This document shows, in pieces, positions 56,805 to 64,000 of a stretch of DNA of 64,000 bases; position 1 is the stretch's first letter, and each line of letters starts with the position of its first letter. The stretch is taken from the NCBI RefSeq assembly GCF_009914755.1, contig NC_060943.1; one strand, written 5' to 3'. The notes beneath the pieces were generated by a model that saw only the letters and a program-made list of their open reading frames with translations, did not search any database and was not told where the DNA came from. The DNA is from the human T2T-CHM13v2.0 reference genome, Homo sapiens. Both the position numbers and the translations under genes were made by a program.

Positions 56805-57062
56805 TTATCTTATATTCTTTCTTAGCTGATTTTCCATGGTAGTTTTATCTTAAGTGAGCAGTCATTGAGATAGTTTTATTTTTTCCATGTGTTTAATGAT
56901 GAATATATATTTCCTTTTGTGAGAAAAGCACTTTTGTGATTTGAAGGTAATTTTCAAAAGGATTTATAATTCTGTATTTTTTTCTGTTTTTCTTTAAAAC
57001 TTGTTTTAAAAACACATAACATAAAATTTAATGTCTTAAATCTATTGAAGTGTACATTTCAG

Positions 57063-57318
57063 GGCCAAGTGTGGTTGTGGCTCTCATCTGTAATCCCAGG
57101 ATTTTGCGAGGCCAAGGCAGGAGGATCCCTGGAGCCTAAAAGTTTGAGAGCCGCCTGGGGAATATATGGAGACCTCTCTCTATAAAAAAAATTTAATAAT
57201 AGCCAAGCATGGTGGTGTGCACCTGTGGTCCCAGCTACTTGGGAGATTGAGAGGGATTCAAAATTGTGCCACTACATTGCAGGTTGGGGGACAGAGTGAG
57301 ACCCTGTCTCAAAAAAAA
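57063..57318 (+). mobile_element. AluJ-like
   Basis: Diverged Alu. Confidence 0.85.
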
Positions 57319-57509
57319 GTTGTTCATTTCAGGCATGTTAAGTATATTCACACTGTTATGCAAAAGACTTCTAGAAACTTTACATCTTATAAAGCTAAAA
57401 CTTAATTCCCATTAAGTAACAACTGCTCATTTTACCCTCTCTCCAGCCCTGACAGACAAACCTTCAACTTTCTGTTTTATGATTTTTGACTACTTATGAT
57501 ACCTCATAT

Positions 57510-57831
<322 letters not shown>

Positions 57832-57979
57832 TCATATAGTATCCATAATTTTGTTACTGGTTTAATTCAGGTGACATAATATTCTCAATCTTCATCTTAA
57901 AATGTGACAAGATTGTTATTTTTAAGGTGGAATAATATTCCATCATATGTATATGTTACATTTTTTGATATGTTTATAA

Positions 57980-58435
<456 letters not shown>

Positions 58436-58953
58436 TAAATAAGGAACATTTCTAACATTTTAAAATAATGGCTGCATCATTATTTTCCACCAGCAGTCAA
58501 CATGGGTTTCATTTTTATTGCATCATCAACAGATTTGGTGTATCAAAAAAAAATTATAGTGGCCATTCTAATGGGTATGAGGTGATTTTGTTTGTTATGT
58601 TTCTTTTTTCATTTCTCTACAAATTAGTAATTTTGTGTGTGCTTTCAAATGCATTTTCCAATTTTGTGTATTTTTTTGAGAAAAATTTGTCCATTTCTAA
58701 ATCAAGTTATTCAAATTTACTGTTAGTTTTAAGAGTCATTTATATATTTTGAATATTAACTCTTTTAACAAGTAATATGTAAATGTTTTCAACTATTTTC
58801 TAAGGGACGTTGTCACTCCTGAAATTTTTTTCTTTCAGAAATTTTGAAGTATAGTGTAGTTAAACTTTTTTGTTCTTTTATTTGTTGCTCATACATTTAA
58901 TGTCGTACCTAAAAAAATGGTGCCAAGACCAATGTCATGTCTTTTTTTTGTAT

Positions 58954-59020
<67 letters not shown>

Positions 59021-59028
59021 CTTTCTTT

Positions 59029-59094
<66 letters not shown>

Positions 59095-59143
59095 TTTCTT
59101 TTCTTTCTTTTCTTTCTTTTCTTTCTTTTCTTTCTTTCTTTTC
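58954..59143. repeat. (TTTC)n tract, expanded tail of the adjacent AluY
   Basis: Direct reading. Confidence 0.95.
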
Positions 59144-59426
59144 TTAGATGGAGTCTTGCTCTGTCCCCCAGGCTGGAGTTCAGTAGCGCAATCTCAGCTC
59201 ACTGCAAGCTCTGCCTTCTGGGTTCACGCCATTCTCCTGCCTCAGCCTCCCAAGTAGCTGGGACTATGGGCGCCCGCCACCATGCCCGGCTAAGTTTTTT
59301 GTATTTTTAATAGAGACGGGGTTTCACCATGTTAGCCAGGATGGTCTCGATCTCCTGACCTCATGATCCGTCCGCCTCGGCCTCCCAAAGTGCTGGGATT
59401 ACAGGCATCAGCCACCGTGCCCGGCT
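59144..59426 (-). mobile_element. AluY
   Basis: AluY-type bases. Confidence 0.88.
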
Positions 59427-59728
59427 TGTTTTGTATTTTTTCTAAAATATTTGTTAGTTTATTTTGTCTAAGTATTTTATTTAAAATGTATTTTTGTATC
59501 ATTCAAGGAAATAATCCAACTTTATTTTATCAGTGTTGATACTGTAGCTTTTAACTGTTGTATTGACATCTTTGAACAATGAAATTTTTTGACCCCTGAG
59601 CAAGAATGTTGAAGTGTGTTTTATATTCACATGCTTTTGAATTTGCCATTTGACTTTTGCTTTTAATTCCTAATTTCATTCAGTTTTTGTTAGAAAACAC
59701 ACAGTGTATAATTTTAGTCTTTTAAAAT

Positions 59729-60026
59729 TGTTTTGTTGTTGTTGTTTTGAGACAAGATCTTACCGTCATCCAGGCTGGAGTGCAGTAGCATAATTTTGGC
59801 TCACTGTAGCCTCAGTCTCCTGGGCTCAAGTGATTCTTTCACATCAGTTTCCTGAGTAGCTAGGATTACAGACATGCACTACCATGTCTGGCTAATTGTG
59901 TGCTTGTTTGTAGTGTTAGGATGTCAATGTGTTGCCCAGGCTGGTTTCAAACTTTTGGCCCCAGGGGATCCTGTTTTCTTGGTCTCCTAAAATGTTAGGA
60001 TTATAGGCAAGAGCCACTGTTCCCAG
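59729..60026 (-). mobile_element. AluJ-like
   Basis: Diverged Alu. Confidence 0.85.
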
Positions 60027-60154
60027 TATTTTAAAATTTAATAAAACTTGCTCTGTGTCCTAACAGAATACACCAGATGCAAATAAGAATATTGTGTATT
60101 ATCTTGGTTTTGACTGGAGAGTTTTGCATGTGTCTGTGAAGCCTAGTTGGTCTA

Positions 60155-60570
60155 TAATATGGGTTGGATATTCATGTTGTCCAAACCTCATGCTGCAATA
60201 TAAATCCTCAATGTTGGTTATGGGACCTGGTGGGACACGTTTGGATCATGGGGCAAATTTCTCATGAATGGCTTGGTATATCCTCTTGGTAACCAAAAAC
60301 TTTTCACTCTATTAATTCAAATGAGAGCTGGTTCATTAAAAGAACCTGGGTCCTTCACCTCACACTTGCTCTGTCTCTTACCATATAACATGTCCAGTTA
60401 CTCTTTACCTTCCACCATGATTTTAAGCTTCCTGAAATCCTCACCAGAAGCAGATGCTGGCACACACTTCTTATACAGTCTGCCAAACTGTGAGCCAAAT
60501 AAACCTTTTTTCTTTATAAATTATGCTACTCTCAAGTATTCCTCTATATGCAAAATAATTAATATTGTCT
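60155..60570 (+). mobile_element. MST-type MaLR solo LTR
   Basis: tttggatcatggggc…ctcatgaatggcttgg…gaagcagatgctggc…aactgtgagccaaataaacc. Confidence 0.8.
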
Positions 60571-60955
60571 ATAATGTTAGCTAAGTTTTTTTCTTATTTT
60601 TTATCTGAATTTTATATTTATTACTGCAAATGGAGTCTTGATGTCTACAATTATTATGTTGCCATGTATGTCTTGCTTCACTTTTGTCAATAGTTGCTTT
60701 ATATATTTTGGAGCCCTGATGTTATATACACACATTTATATAGATAGATAAATATTACGATTATAGATTCCTGCTAAATCAACTCACTTTACTATAAAAT
60801 AATACCAGTCTATGTCTCATGGTAGTATTTGACTTAAGGCATATTATGTCTAATATAATTATGACCACATCACTCAATTGTGGTTACTATTTTCATGGAA
60901 TATACATTTTTTTTTCATTTTTTATTTTCAGCCTATTTGACTCAATGCAAAATGA

Positions 60956-61277
<322 letters not shown>

Positions 61278-61505
61278 ATATATTGTCCTTCTTCGTCTTT
61301 TTGAAGTTTTGACTTAAAGTACATTTTATAAAATATGACAGTTTTTGACTTTAAGATGTAGCTTGTGTAATATTATTTTGACCTCTTCTGCTCTCATTTG
61401 GTTAATATTTACATGAAATTTCTACTTCTGTCTTGCCACTTTCAGTCTTTGTCATTAGATCTCAGGTGACTCTTGTAGAAAGGCAAGTTGGATCTTGATT
61501 TTTAA

Positions 61506-61688
61506 TTTTTTTTTTTTTTTTTTTTTTAGAAGAAGTCTCACTCTGCCACTCAGACTGCAGTGCACTTGTTCAAGTGATTCTCCTGTCTCAGCCTCCTGAG
61601 TAGCTGGGATTACAGGCATGCCCCACCACGCCTGGCTAATTTTTGTATTTTTAGTAGAGATGGGGTTTCACCATGTTGATCAGGCTGA
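61506..61688 (-). mobile_element. Alu fragment
   Basis: Deleted Alu. Confidence 0.82.
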
Positions 61689-61791
61689 TAAAATTTTTTA
61701 ATAAACCTTTTTATTGAAAGTATGTTTCTTGACTGGAAAGATAATTATATATATTTAAATAGTTTTCCGAAAGAGAAAAACTTACTAATGT

Positions 61792-62099
<308 letters not shown>

Positions 62100-63069
62100 A
62101 ACGTTATTTTATTGTTTTATTTGATTCTTTTATCTTTGTCTCTTTTTCTCTTTCTGTCTTTTTGTGTTTTTTTTTTATTTTTGTATTGATATGCTTTTAA
62201 TTTTTTTCTTATTTTCTTTTGTGTATCTAGGCAGGTAGTTTCTTAGTGGTATCTAGGGGATTACATAAAACCTCTAAAAGATCCAACAATATACTTTAAT
62301 GCAGTAAAAAATTAACTTCAGTTGCATGCAAACATTCTTCATTACATCTGCCTTCAACTTTGTTATTGATTTTGCTAATTCTACTTATGTTATATATTCA
62401 TTAACAGATGTTTATAATAATTCCTCTACTTCCATCTTTTGCATTTTAGAGAATAACTAAAAGTGCTTTCTGTGCCATTATGATAATAAGTAAGGAATTC
62501 TATTTTTGTGTATGTGCATATCTTCTCCAGAAAGTTATGTATTTTCATATGATCATGTGTTGTTTTCTTGTATTATGTTATTTTCAGTGGAAGAAACTTC
62601 TTTCAGCATCTTTGATAGGTAGGGCATATGCAGTGCCAATATACTTTCTTAGGATTTGGTTATTTTGGAAGGACTCCTTTTTATATGATAGTACAATTTT
62701 GCCGATGGTATTATTTTCTGCAAAAATTTTTTTTGATAAATTCACTGGTTATCTTATAAGACTATGCTTATAAATGACACATCATTTTTATCTTGCAGCA
62801 CCCAAAATTCTTTTCTTATCTGTGATTTTTGAAATTTTGCTTATAGGTGTGTTTGTGATAAATATCTTTTTGTGTATCCTAGTTTGTTCAGCTTCTTCAT
62901 GTTTACATTATTTTTTCTTTTAAGAAATTTTTAAGTTATTTTTATATTTTTTATATCCATAATTTTTGTTTTTTTCTATTTTAATATTTTTTCTTGTTTA
63001 TCCTCATTTTTCTGATCTTCAGTAGTCGTCTGTGTTCCTATTTCACTTACTGAATATCATTCAATTTCT

Positions 63070-63675
<606 letters not shown>

Positions 63676-64000
63676 TGTTCAATTTATTCTGAATTTTAAA
63701 AATTACTTTATTCACTTTTTATGGCTGCTTTTGAAAATTTTATAATTTTTTTGATGGGCCATGCTGCCCAAATATTTTGTATACATTGTAATCTTTGAGT
63801 GAGATTCAGGCATTAACAAAAAGCTACCTGTGCCAATCTTTATAATATAGTTTTGTCCTTGTGTAGTCTGAAATCAATTGTTTTGGCTAGAGATTCTGGG
63901 AATTTCTCAAACATGTTTTTAGGATGTGTCTTGTCTAAAATTTTGTGTTTATTGTTTAGTTAAATCGGCTTATTCATATTTCTTCCTAATAATCAGTAAT

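Noticed and set aside
58870-59310. Phe/Leu/Ser-rich ORFs resembling membrane proteins
   Set aside because: Translation of the (TTTC)n tract and an Alu

Overview
Human genomic DNA, judged from an AluYa5 with all five diagnostic bases. It comes from a ZNF91-subfamily KRAB zinc-finger cluster, most likely 19p13.11 around ZNF253; the locus is recognised from the KRAB exon translation and was not verified by a search. From left to right: (1) nested L1s carrying a full-length ISCA1 processed pseudogene and solo LTRs. (2) A promoterless + strand ZNF253-like pseudogene with a KRAB-A exon and a 10-finger exon; KRAB-B is deleted, the acceptor is dead, and there is a stop and a frameshift. It has young L1PA2 and AluYa5 insertions in its 3' region. 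(3) An old inverted duplication with ~19 kb and ~22 kb arms. The left arm is a minus-strand gene fragment (exons 1-3, no zinc-finger exon). The right arm is the 5' part of ZNF253 (exons 1-3; exon 4 lies beyond the window). Each arm carries a BNIP3 processed pseudogene in intron 1. The symmetry axis lies inside a deleted HERV-S/HERVL18 provirus with a tRNA-Ser primer-binding site. About 55 Alus are present. No intact novel protein-coding gene and no prokaryote-type system was found. The notable signals are structural: LTR18-centred rearrangements, an inverted ZNF 3'-flank copy inside ZNF253 intron 2, a 155-bp orphan retrocopy, and a (GAAA)n tract at the ZNF253 promoter. Repeat boundaries are approximate and repeat subfamily names are recalled from memory.
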